Shown: in pieces, positions 10,193 through 17,981 of the stretch | Layout of the letters: every line of letters begins with the position of its first letter | Position numbering within the stretch: position 1 is the stretch's first letter | From: Haloferax volcanii DS2 | GTDB lineage: Archaea; Halobacteriota; Halobacteria; Halobacteriales; Haloferacaceae | NCBI RefSeq assembly: GCF_000025685.1 | Contig: NC_013966.1 | Coordinates: 270,001 to 302,000, forward strand | Reading direction: 5' to 3' | Length of the DNA: 32,000 nt | Program-made: the position numbers and the translations under genes | The notes under the pieces: generated by a model | Seen by the model: only the letters and a program-made list of their open reading frames with translations | Databases searched by the model: none | What the model was told of the DNA's origin: nothing

Positions 10193-10198
10193 GTTTTT
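10193..10198 (+). terminator. T6 run, candidate archaeal terminator after the ThuA-like gene
   Basis: The sequence is ggttttttct, located 107 nt after the stop. The run also ends a T-poor purine-rich tract. Confidence 0.35.
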
Positions 10199-10223
10199 TC
10201 TCGCCGTGAACGGATAGCCGAGT

Positions 10224-11027
10224 ATGGAGAAGCACTCGCGCGAAGCAGTCGCGGTAGAGGCCGCAGAGACCGGGGCGGAGTACGCCTTCGAACACTTCAG
10301 AACGGACTTCGATATCGAACAGAAGGGCGACAAGACCGACCTCGTGACCGAAATCGACCGCGAGACCCAGCGTCGGGTCATCTCGACGATTCGGGAGCGG
10401 TTCCCGGACGACGCCGTCGTCGGCGAGGAGGAAGACGAGCGAAAGACCGTGCCGGAATCGGGCTACGCGTGGGTCATCGACCCCATCGACGGGACGCAGA
10501 ACTTCACCCGCGGGACGAACGCGTGGGTGACGAGCGTCGCCATCGTCGAGGACATGGAACCGCTGGCCGCGGTCAACGTCGCGCCGGCGACGGGCGACAC
10601 GTACGTCACGACCGGCGGGGAAATCGAGCGCAACGGACGGCCGATAACCGTGAACGACGAACCCGACATCGAGGCGTTCATCGTCGCCTCGACGCTCCGG
10701 TTCGGACCTGAGGACCGCCCCGCGGTCGAGACGCTTGCCGGCGAGATATTCGGCCGGTTCGGAGAACTCCGCCGCATCGGAACCACGCAACTAACGCTCT
10801 CGCGGGTCGCTGACGGTTCGATAGATGCGGTCGTTGGCCTCGACGAGCACCCCAACGCGTGGGACACGGTCGCCGGCGTGCACCACGTTCGGCAGGCTGG
10901 CGGTGTCGTGACGGACATTCACGGAAACGAGTGGTTGCCTGGACGCCCCGGGCTGGTCGCGTCGAACGGTCGGGCCCACGAGGAGGTGCTCGAAACGGCG
11001 CAGGCGGCGTTCGAAGCGATTCACTAG
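10224..11027 (+). CDS. inositol-monophosphatase family phosphatase (IMPase/FBPase-type)
   Basis: Carries the family motifs VVGEEE, WVIDPIDGTQNF and NAWDTVAG. Confidence 0.85.
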   Translation: MEKHSREAVAVEAAETGAEYAFEHFRTDFDIEQKGDKTDLVTEIDRETQRRVISTIRERFPDDAVVGEEEDERKTVPESGYAWVIDPIDGTQNFTRGTNAWVTSVAIVEDMEPLAAVNVAPATGDTYVTTGGEIERNGRPITVNDEPDIEAFIVASTLRFGPEDRPAVETLAGEIFGRFGELRRIGTTQLTLSRVADGSIDAVVGLDEHPNAWDTVAGVHHVRQAGGVVTDIHGNEWLPGRPGLVASNGRAHEEVLETAQAAFEAIH

Positions 11028-11179
11028 CGGCGAAGCGGTCGTTTATGCGGGGAGCCGTTCGCGGTGCGCGGACTGGGAACGGTAGTCCATCGGTGCCCGT
11101 CGGTCGAGAGCGGTCGGGTCTGGTGCGTCGGTCGAGTCGTCGTCTCAGTCGAGTCTCGTGGTCTGCGGGCGAGTGTCAG

Positions 11180-12259
11180 TCACAGTGGCGGCACCCACGA
11201 GGTGTGCGGGAACACGCCGAGCGCTCCGAGGACCGCGACGAGGAACGTCCCGAAGACGATGGCCGCGGCCGGCGGGTCGAAGTGCGTGTCGCCGTGCGCG
11301 TAGAAGACGCGCTGGAAGAGTTCGCCGAACAGCGCGCAGACGATGCCCATGGCCGCGCCGACGAGGACCACCTCGGCGAGCGGCAGCGAGCTCACCGCCG
11401 CGCCCTCGGGGGCCATCGCGAAAACCGCCGTGCTCGCGGGGAGGGTGATGTGGTGGGTGACAGGGAAGTGCTCCAAGCCGATGCTCAGGAAGATGAGCGA
11501 GACGGCGCTGATGCCGAACCCGAGGTAGACGCTGCCCGTCGCGTACCCGAGGTACGCCCCGAGCACCCCGACGGCGAGTCCGAGCAGGGAGACGTTCAGC
11601 CACTTGTACTGCTGCGGCAGCCACGGCTCGACGAGGTACCGGGTCGCCGCCCCGGACTGCGGTTGTCCGCCGTCGGTGGTGGCCTGCGGCGCGTCGCGGA
11701 ACCGTTCTTCGACGAACGGACGCATGTTGAGCCGTCCCTCCGCCGACTGACCGACGAGGTCGTAGCCGAACGCGACGCGGTGGAGCGCCGCCGAGAGGAC
11801 GACGGCCATCGCGACGGGGTCCCACGGCGCGGCGAACGCAACCATGACCTGCGCCATCAGGTAGCCGGCGATACCGAACAGCCCGCCGACGAGGAGCACG
11901 TCCGGTTTCGTGCCGAACGCGTAGTTGATGTTCTTCGCGGGGTGGTAATCGAACTCCGCGTCCATGTACCCTCGCTTGGCGGCGTAGGCGGAGGCGGCGG
12001 CCCCCGCGGCGAAGCTGATGTGCGGGCCGAAGACGGGACCGAACGCGACCGACCCGGTGAGGCCGAGCGCGCTCAGTTGCGCCGGGTCGGCGTTCGTGGC
12101 CGCGGCGACGGCCTCGGTCGCGAGGTTGCCGGCCTCGCCCGCGATGACGAGGAAGCCGGTGAAGATGAAGGCGGGTTGACCGCCGATTGCGGCGCCGAAC
12201 GCGCCGCCGGCGAAGGCGGCGACGAGCATACCGAAAGAGAGGAACGACAGGTCAATCAT
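11180..12259 (-). CDS. uncharacterised multi-pass integral membrane protein (putative transporter)
   Basis: 359 aa, very Gly/Ala-rich, with multiple hydrophobic segments. Its start overlaps the stop of the upstream FGGY kinase gene by 8 nt. It has no NPA motifs, so it is not a MIP/GlpF channel. Confidence 0.7.
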   Translation of the reverse strand: MIDLSFLSFGMLVAAFAGGAFGAAIGGQPAFIFTGFLVIAGEAGNLATEAVAAATNADPAQLSALGLTGSVAFGPVFGPHISFAAGAAASAYAAKRGYMDAEFDYHPAKNINYAFGTKPDVLLVGGLFGIAGYLMAQVMVAFAAPWDPVAMAVVLSAALHRVAFGYDLVGQSAEGRLNMRPFVEERFRDAPQATTDGGQPQSGAATRYLVEPWLPQQYKWLNVSLLGLAVGVLGAYLGYATGSVYLGFGISAVSLIFLSIGLEHFPVTHHITLPASTAVFAMAPEGAAVSSLPLAEVVLVGAAMGIVCALFGELFQRVFYAHGDTHFDPPAAAIVFGTFLVAVLGALGVFPHTSWVPPL

Positions 12260-13844
12260 CGTATCCCCCTTTCACTGTGTCCTTGCCGACGACGGTCTTC
12301 TTGTTCGGTCTCGCGCCCGCGGACTGCGACATGTAGCGGAGGTCCTCCAACGCCTCGACGCGCTCGTCCCAGACCGCGAACGTCGCCTCGTAGGCATCGG
12401 TGTACACGTCGTACCAGCGGCTGTACTGCTGGACCTTCTTCGGCCGCGGTTCGAACGACTGCGCGACGGACGACGTGGTGGCCGCGGCGCTGGGGAGGTC
12501 GTCGTAGGCACCCGTGCCGACGCCGGCGAGGAGCGCGGCTCCCTTCGCGCCGAACTCGGTTCCCTCCGGGATGATGATGGTCGCGTTCAGGCAGTCGGCG
12601 AACATCTGACACCAGAAGTCCGAGTTCGCGCCGCCGCCGCTGAGATACACCTCGTCGGCGTTCTGTGGAAGGTGCGTGAAACAGTCACGCATGGCAAGCG
12701 AGATGCCCTCGTAGACCGCGCGGACGAGGTGTGCCTGCGTGTGTTCTTGGTTCAGCCCCATGAATTGCGCTCGCGCGTTGGGGTTGAGGAAGGGGGCACG
12801 CTCGCCTGCAGAACTGAGGAACGGGTGGTAGATGAGGCCGTCGGAGCCGACGGGAATCGACTCGACCTCCTCTTCGACGAGGTTGAAACTGCTCTTGTCC
12901 ATAATCTCCTCGATGGCCCAATCGAGATTCGGCGTGCCGGTCATCGAGGACATGAACTTTGTCCAGAGTCCGCCTTCGACGCCGAGCGTCAGCAGGATAC
13001 CCGTCTGCTCGTCGTCGTCGGGGGCCTCGTCGAGAACTGTCTGATTCACTGATGTCGTCCCGACGATAGAAGAGCCGTCGCCCGGGTTTGCGGCCCCGCT
13101 TCCGAAGGCTGACGCGGCGATATCGATGAAGCCGGAAACAACGGGCGTCCCCTCAGGGAGCCCCGTCTCGACCGCCGCGTTCCGGGTGAGGCCGCCGACG
13201 ACGTCGGTGCCCGGGACGAGATCGGGGCGCATCTCGCCGACCTCCGGCATACCGACGACGTCCAGAACCTCGTCGGAGTACTCGGCGGACTCCGATTCGA
13301 CGTATGGGAGCGACGCGTCGCTCGGGTCCGTGGTGAGTTCGTCGGTGAGCTTGTACTTCAGCCAGTCCTTGCAGTAGAAGACCGTGTCGGCCTCCTCGTA
13401 GCGCTCGGGTTCGTTCTCCTTGAGCCACCGGAGGATGACGAGGCTGCTCCCCGGGAACTGGGTGCCGCCGCAGATGTCGTAGACCTGTTCGGAGACCCCT
13501 GACTGCTGCCACGCCTGCACGACGGAACTCGTACGGCCGTCGGACCAGAGAATCGCGGGGCGGACCGGGTCACCGTCCTCGTCGACGAGCCAACAGCCGT
13601 CGCCCTGCCCGGTGACGCCGAGCGCGAGGACCTCGTCGTCGTCGTCCAACTGGTCTTCGACCTCGCTGAGCGTCTGTGCGGTCTTCTTCCACGTCGTCAC
13701 CATGGACTGTTCTGCCCAGCCGGATTCGGGCCGGTCGACCGCGTTTTCGACACTGCTCTTGTGTAGCTCCTCACCGTTGAGCGAGAAGGCGACCGATTTA
13801 ATCACTGTCGTACCGGCGTCTACGCCGATAATGACTTGCGCCAT
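12252..13844 (-). CDS. FGGY-family carbohydrate kinase (not canonical GlpK)
   Basis: Carries the motifs IGVDAGTTVIKSV, ILWSDGRT, FLSSAGERAPFLNPNARAQFMGL and SGGGANSDFWCQMFADCLN. The N-terminus resembles xylulo-, ribulo- or erythritol-kinase types rather than the GlpK AIDQGTTS motif. Confidence 0.85.
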   Translation of the reverse strand: MAQVIIGVDAGTTVIKSVAFSLNGEELHKSSVENAVDRPESGWAEQSMVTTWKKTAQTLSEVEDQLDDDDEVLALGVTGQGDGCWLVDEDGDPVRPAILWSDGRTSSVVQAWQQSGVSEQVYDICGGTQFPGSSLVILRWLKENEPERYEEADTVFYCKDWLKYKLTDELTTDPSDASLPYVESESAEYSDEVLDVVGMPEVGEMRPDLVPGTDVVGGLTRNAAVETGLPEGTPVVSGFIDIAASAFGSGAANPGDGSSIVGTTSVNQTVLDEAPDDDEQTGILLTLGVEGGLWTKFMSSMTGTPNLDWAIEEIMDKSSFNLVEEEVESIPVGSDGLIYHPFLSSAGERAPFLNPNARAQFMGLNQEHTQAHLVRAVYEGISLAMRDCFTHLPQNADEVYLSGGGANSDFWCQMFADCLNATIIIPEGTEFGAKGAALLAGVGTGAYDDLPSAAATTSSVAQSFEPRPKKVQQYSRWYDVYTDAYEATFAVWDERVEALEDLRYMSQSAGARPNKKTVVGKDTVKGGYDD

Positions 13845-13868
13845 AATAGACCATTATCATTATCATTC

Positions 13869-13876
13869 TAATATAG
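13869..13876 (-). promoter_or_regulatory. candidate TATA box for the FGGY kinase operon
   Basis: The plus strand reads taatatag, 25-32 nt upstream of ATG 13844, within AT-rich DNA. Confidence 0.35.
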
Positions 13877-14476
13877 GTTTGGATTGCTGTAGAATTGTGG
13901 GCGGGCGGACGCCGCGTTTAGTCTTCTCACGGTCGTACTCGGTGTCGGCACAGCATTCACTATTTCCGAATCGACCGTGGGGGCCGCCGAAACACCTCAA
14001 CGTAGGGGCTCTCGGCGACGAACCCGGACACGGCGGTTCGGAACCACCGGGCGAAAACCAGCGGTTCGAGAGCAACGCGCTTCAGTATGAAGAAACACGC
14101 ACCAGCTCAGCGGAACCGATGGTGTGCGATCGAATTACAGAGCTATTCGCGTAATCTTTGTCCGACATCGGGCTCCCGCTCCGACTCGCTCGCACTCGGT
14201 AGTATCGCACGCTGGACCATCGCTGTTAGTGCTGTTCGGGGGTGGTTGGAGTAGTCGGCCAGTTCAGGTCCGCGCGTTTGAACCCGAGATAGCCCATGAC
14301 TAATGGGATGACCGCCGAGAGGTAGAGATGGCTGGACCACCAACTTGACGTTCTCTCCGGTTATGGGGGTGCTCGCGTCGGGCATCGTCGGGACAGGTGG
14401 GCGGGCTTCAATCGATACCTCACTGCCACGGCTAGCGCATTGAAGGAATTATCTCGTTCGACGACGGAGGTGAGGT

Positions 14477-14940
14477 ATGCAGATGTTCGACGAACCGACG
14501 AACTCACCCACAAGCGAGGATAGGAGATTCGGCAACGGAGACCGGAACGAGGTGGTGCTGGCGTGAGCGAAGAACCGCTCCCCTTCGAACACCTCTCATC
14601 GCTCGCCATGCTCGTCGACGAGGTGCTCGCAGGCGTCGGATACAAGATGGCAGTTGCCACCGAACTCATCGACGACGCGGTCCCCGGATACAACAGCCTC
14701 CTCGACCCCGCAACCACCCCGGCGGAGTTCCGTCAGGCACTCGAAGATCTCCTGTCCTCAGATCGCAGCCGTCTATCCGTCCCGGAGCCGACCGACCGCT
14801 CGTTCGTCCTGTACGTTGGTGGCTCGTCTCGATCGCCCCGTCGGATCTCGGGCGGGGAACAACACCGCGGAGTACGTCGCTCTCCAACTTGGCCTCTTCA
14901 AACTATAGCTCGCTACGAGCCACAGAACGTAGCGGTTTGA
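14477..14940 (+). pseudogene. frameshifted gene debris with an RNase H-like motif
   Basis: Three frames carry acidic, protein-like pieces. A 29-aa ORF at 14477-14566 ends in a GTGA overlap with ORF 14563..14940, which turns basic and nonsensical after FVLYVGGSS. The +1 frame then reads GNNTAEYVALQLGLFKL*, which resembles the RNase HI NNxAEYxAL motif. Confidence 0.3.
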
Positions 14941-15238
14941 ATCGAGTCGATGACCGTCATCCGCGATGTCTGGGATAGTAACGACTCGGCAGAGCCCGGC
15001 GTCGAGACGTACGGCAAGGCCACCGCCACGGCGCTGGCTCGTGTTCCGAACCACTGGTACGAGCATCTGGCTGACAGCGACCCGAACCTGCCGACGCGCT
15101 GGCGACGGTCGGGTCCGATATCGCAAATCTCGGAGCCTGATAAGGGCCGGAAGAGAGACACGCCCCGACGACCCGAGAGCTTTCACAGACTCGAAGCGAA
15201 CGATTGGTATCCCCTCGGCCGCATCGTATCCACAACAC

Positions 15239-15952
15239 ATGGACCCACTACTCACAATCGACGGCGAGTTACTCACCGGAATCATCGTCGACCGACCGAA
15301 TCGGTTCGTCGTCCGTGTTCGGTTCGAGGACGCCCCTGAGCGCGTCTTTCTCGGAGACCCCGGTGCCCTCGAAGGCACGGTCGAGCCGGGAAACGAGATT
15401 CTCTGTTCGCCGGTTGACGACCCGGAGCGTGCGACGGACTACGACGCCATCACCGTCCGCGTCGACGGCGTGTACGTGAGCGTCCGCCCGGCGTTTGCGA
15501 ACGACCTCTTCGAGCGCGTGCTCGCCCGCGATACAATCCCCGCGTTCGCCGGGTACAGTTGCCTGAAACGCGAGCCTGTACTACCGGAGCACGGCCGGAC
15601 AGATTTTCTCGTCGAGACGCCGGCCGACGAGACCGCCTTCGTCGAAATCAAATCTTGCACGCACGTCGAGGACGGCGTCGCCATGTTTCCCGACCGCCAA
15701 ACCGAGCGCGGTCGGCGCCACCTCCGGAGCCTCGAAGCGCTCTCTGAAGACGGCCACGAGACACACGTCGTGTTCGTCGTGCAGCGACCTGATGTCGAAC
15801 GTTTCCGCCCCTACCGAGCTGTCGACCCGGAGTTCGTCGACTTACTCGCCCGTGTACAGGAGATCGGGGTGGGCGTACACGCGATTACGACCTCGTTCGA
15901 CCCGCCTCACTACTCACTTCGGAACGACAACCTGCCAGTCGACATGGGATGA
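15239..15952 (+). CDS. sfsA: SfsA-family (sugar fermentation stimulation protein A-like) nuclease-fold protein
   Basis: ORF 14966..15952 trimmed to ATG 15239 (MDPLLTIDGELLTGIIVDRPNRFVV...). Motifs include GRTDFLV, VEIKSCT and FPDRQTERGRRHLRSL. Confidence 0.8.
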   Translation: MDPLLTIDGELLTGIIVDRPNRFVVRVRFEDAPERVFLGDPGALEGTVEPGNEILCSPVDDPERATDYDAITVRVDGVYVSVRPAFANDLFERVLARDTIPAFAGYSCLKREPVLPEHGRTDFLVETPADETAFVEIKSCTHVEDGVAMFPDRQTERGRRHLRSLEALSEDGHETHVVFVVQRPDVERFRPYRAVDPEFVDLLARVQEIGVGVHAITTSFDPPHYSLRNDNLPVDMG

Positions 15953-15989
15953 CGAGCGGTACGCTCGGTGCTCGAACAGTGTTCATTTT
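15953..15989 (+). terminator. hairpin plus T4, candidate sfsA terminator
   Basis: A 6-bp stem, cgagcg-gta-cgctcg (15953-15967), sits directly after the stop. A tttt run follows at 15986-15989. Confidence 0.3.
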
Positions 15990-16103
15990 GTACCTATATC
16001 CTGAGTTCTGTATTACAGAAGGCCCTTGTTTGGGTGTATTTTTGTCACTGGTCGCGTGAAATGAATATCTGAGTCTTGCTGAACTCCCCCTCTATATTCA
16101 CCT

Positions 16104-16117
16104 ATGGAAATTCTGCT
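16104..16117. repeat. IS (sub)terminal inverted repeat, downstream end
   Basis: atggaaattctgct is the exact reverse complement of 17532-17545. Confidence 0.8.
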
Positions 16118-16285
16118 GGCTCAACTAACCACCGCTGGCGATAAAGTTGTTCGCACGATCTAGCTTCTCTAGTCCCTCAACGACGAGAAACCACTAGACA
16201 ACGTGGTGATTGAGACCTCCACAACCGGTAGGCGGTCGGAACGAGTCTTGCTAGAGCTGTCGCTTACGCTGGCCTCATCCGGCCA

Positions 16286-16314
16286 CTGAGGAACGCCGGT
16301 CCGGCGTTCCTCAG
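16286..16314 (-). other. perfect 14-bp palindrome/hairpin just after the transposase stop
   Basis: The sequence is ctgaggaacgccgg-t-ccggcgttcctcag, 11 nt downstream of the stop codon at 16325-16327. No T-run follows it, so it is probably a structural RNA/DNA element of the IS end rather than a simple terminator. Confidence 0.5.
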
Positions 16315-16324
16315 ATTCCCTTCT

Positions 16325-17323
16325 TCAGGCGCTCACCCCCGGTGGATCGTAGACTTCCTCTCGGACGAGCATGTAGTACATCGAGACGAGCAGTTTTCGT
16401 GCCGTCGCGACGATCGCTTTTTTCGAGTTCATTCGACGATTCAACCGGTGGAAGAACGTGCTTAGATACGCGTCTTTACACGTGTACACGGCTGAGTACG
16501 CACTCTGAACCAAGATCCAGCGAACTCGTCCTGAGCCGCGTTTCGAGATACCACCCTCGATCCGCGAGTCACCGGACTCGCGGATCGTCGGGTTCAGTCC
16601 CATGTAACTCACGACCTCTTTGTGGCCGTCGAACCGATCGATCTCACCCAGTTCAGCGTAGACCAGCAACGCGGAGTAGTAACTGACACCGGGGATGGTC
16701 ATCAGCAGCTGGGTCTCCTTCAGAGACCCAGCGCGCTCCTCAATCGCCGCTTCCAACTGAGTCATCTGCTCGGTTAGCGTCTCGACCACGTCGAGATACG
16801 AGTCCAAGAGACTGTCCCACGGAGACGGGAGCGAGAGTTCCCGGAGGAACTCTCGTCCCTCGACACTCAGCGGTTTTACCGTCTGAGTGATGCCGTTATC
16901 GGCGAGCAAGCCGTGGATTTTGTTGGCGAACTTGGTCCGATCTTCGACCAAGGTCTGTCGCCCGCGCACGAGTGCGCGGGCTTCCCGAATCTCGTCGGTA
17001 GGAACGTAACTCTGCGGAACAGAGTTCAGCCGGAGCAGCCGCGCGAGTTCTTTCGCGTCGACGCGGTCGGTTTTCTTGTCTGACCGAGCGATGAGCGTCA
17101 GTTTGCCTGGATGAGCGACGGTTACGTCCAAGTACTCCGCGAGAGTATCGTAGACGTGGTAGTAATTGCTGGTCGCCTCGATTACTGCACGAGAGCCAGC
17201 GTATCGCTGAGCGAGGTCGTCGAGGTTCGCGTTTTTGACGCGAACCTCTTCGACAATCTCGCCCTCGAGGTCCATTACTGCCACCTGTGCGTATCGTTTG
17301 TGTAGGTCGATTCCGAGGTACAT
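16325..17323 (-). CDS. IS110-family (DEDD) transposase/recombinase
   Basis: 332 aa. The N-terminus MYLGIDLHKRYAQVAVMD...IEATSNYYH is the DEDD_Tnp_IS110-type domain. The C-terminus LMTIPGVSYYSALLVYAELGEIDRF...GISKRGSGRVRWILVQSA is the Transposase_20-type domain. Confidence 0.92.
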   Translation of the reverse strand: MYLGIDLHKRYAQVAVMDLEGEIVEEVRVKNANLDDLAQRYAGSRAVIEATSNYYHVYDTLAEYLDVTVAHPGKLTLIARSDKKTDRVDAKELARLLRLNSVPQSYVPTDEIREARALVRGRQTLVEDRTKFANKIHGLLADNGITQTVKPLSVEGREFLRELSLPSPWDSLLDSYLDVVETLTEQMTQLEAAIEERAGSLKETQLLMTIPGVSYYSALLVYAELGEIDRFDGHKEVVSYMGLNPTIRESGDSRIEGGISKRGSGRVRWILVQSAYSAVYTCKDAYLSTFFHRLNRRMNSKKAIVATARKLLVSMYYMLVREEVYDPPGVSA

Positions 17324-17348
17324 GGTTCGTTCCTCCGGGATAGGACGG

Positions 17349-17524
17349 CGGTGCGTGAATCAGAAATTCACCTATGCGGGCTTTCCCGGATGCCGCCAGG
17401 AGCGGCATCCGGGCTGTGACGCCCATAACTCGGCTTCTTTCGCACTCGGACCAGTCAGCACCACGTGCTCTAGCGCACGGAATACAGCTCGGTCTCTTGC
17501 GTCCCATAATTGATTCACGCTCCG
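17349..17524 (-). ncRNA. candidate IS110-type bridge/seek guide RNA (structured 5' non-coding region of the IS)
   Basis: A long-range inverted repeat, 17349-17362 against 17511-17524 (13 of 14 positions), encloses about 176 nt. Inside it are a perfect 12-bp hairpin (17385-17413) and two segments identical to DNA flanking the IS (17453-17461 = 17548-17556, and 17366-17376 = 16096-16106). The evidence is structural and sequence-based only. Confidence 0.4.
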
Positions 17525-17531
17525 ATGGGAT

Positions 17532-17545
17532 AGCAGAATTTCCAT
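17532..17545. repeat. IS (sub)terminal inverted repeat, upstream end
   Basis: agcagaatttccat is the exact reverse complement of 16104-16117. Confidence 0.8.
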
Positions 17546-17604
17546 CAAGTCAGCACGCTACATATGTCCGGCCCAGAGGATTTCAACAGAGCCAGAACCA
17601 CTGC

Positions 17605-17922
17605 TCAAGACTCGCGCCACTTGTGGCCGCACTCGACACATGTGAACAGCCGAACCTCGTAGGAACCTCCCGGTTTGGGCATCATCTGGTACTGGGCCCG
17701 GTCACTGTCGCAGTCCTCAGCCGGACAGGACTCCTGCATAGTCTCGGAGGTGTCTTGGGTTGCGTCGGCCACGGTGGGTGTGCCGTTGTTTTGCTGTCCA
17801 TCTTGAATCGACATTGCTGCTTCCGCTTGCGAGTCCCGTGACTCTTTGTGCTCACAAGAGCGACACACCCATGTCTCACCTTCCGTGTGCATTATCGACC
17901 CGCATTCGTCACAGAATTGCAT
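17605..17922 (-). CDS. transcription factor S (TFS/RpoM-like) paralog lacking the acidic catalytic loop
   Basis: ORF 17605..18033 trimmed to ATG 17922 (MQFCDECGSIMHTEGETWVCRSC, the N-terminal Zn ribbon). The C-terminal Zn ribbon is CPAEDC...FTCVECGHKWRES. The canonical Q.R(S/A)ADE tip is replaced by QMMPKPGGSYE. GC content is visibly lower than in neighbouring genes. Confidence 0.8.
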   Translation of the reverse strand: MQFCDECGSIMHTEGETWVCRSCEHKESRDSQAEAAMSIQDGQQNNGTPTVADATQDTSETMQESCPAEDCDSDRAQYQMMPKPGGSYEVRLFTCVECGHKWRES

Positions 17923-17947
17923 ATTGGAGAGAATACAGGGGGTGACG

Positions 17948-17962
17948 GATATATGTTTTAAT
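17948..17962 (-). promoter_or_regulatory. candidate TATA box for the TFS-like gene
   Basis: In the minus sense the region reads aattaaaacatatatc, about 27-40 nt upstream of ATG 17922. Confidence 0.3.
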
Positions 17963-17981
17963 TTCCGCTTCGTCGTGGCTC

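Larger units (their letters stand above)
16104..17545 (-). mobile_element. IS110-family insertion sequence (~1.44 kb)
   Basis: A single DEDD-type transposase gene is flanked by ~220-nt non-coding ends. The ends are bounded by a 14-bp inverted repeat, atggaaattctgct (16104-16117) and agcagaatttccat (17532-17545). There is no flanking target duplication. The element sits between the convergent sfsA and TFS-like genes. The true ends may extend a few nt beyond the repeats. Confidence 0.8.

Noticed and set aside
11098-11136. A direct repeat ggtgc(cc)gtcggtcgag, present twice (11098-11108 and 11126-11136), in the convergent gap between the IMPase gene and the membrane-protein gene.
   Set aside because: It is short, GC-rich and low-complexity (gtcg units) in a high-GC genome. 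No structure or partner feature supports a function.
11180-12259. Calling the kinase-coupled membrane protein a GlpF/MIP glycerol facilitator.
   Set aside because: It has no NPA boxes, and at 359 aa with this composition it does not fit the MIP family.
12252-13844. Calling the FGGY kinase glycerol kinase (glpK) because glpABC is nearby.
   Set aside because: The N-terminal phosphate-1 motif is GVDAGTTVIKS rather than the GlpK-type AIDQGTT(S/G)(S/T)RF. The overall motifs look like pentulose or polyol kinases. I therefore kept it as a generic FGGY kinase.
14143-14400. An 80-aa ORF on the minus strand, a hydrophobic fragment in a neighbouring frame (SSWWSSHLYLSAVIPLVMGYLGFK…), and a ggttcaaac-like string near 14270-14290 that briefly looked like a tRNA T-arm.
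   Set aside because: The hydrophobic frame has no start codon. The ORF product has no recognisable features. The putative T-arm has no complementary stem and no acceptor or anticodon arms. I treat all of it as debris.
17606-17613. caagactc is the inverted copy of the gagtcttg motif found at 16071 and 16243, which would suggest a larger IS with outer inverted repeats.
   Set aside because: Only 8 nt match and there is no extension. The site also lies inside the coding end of the TFS-like gene. It is most likely chance.
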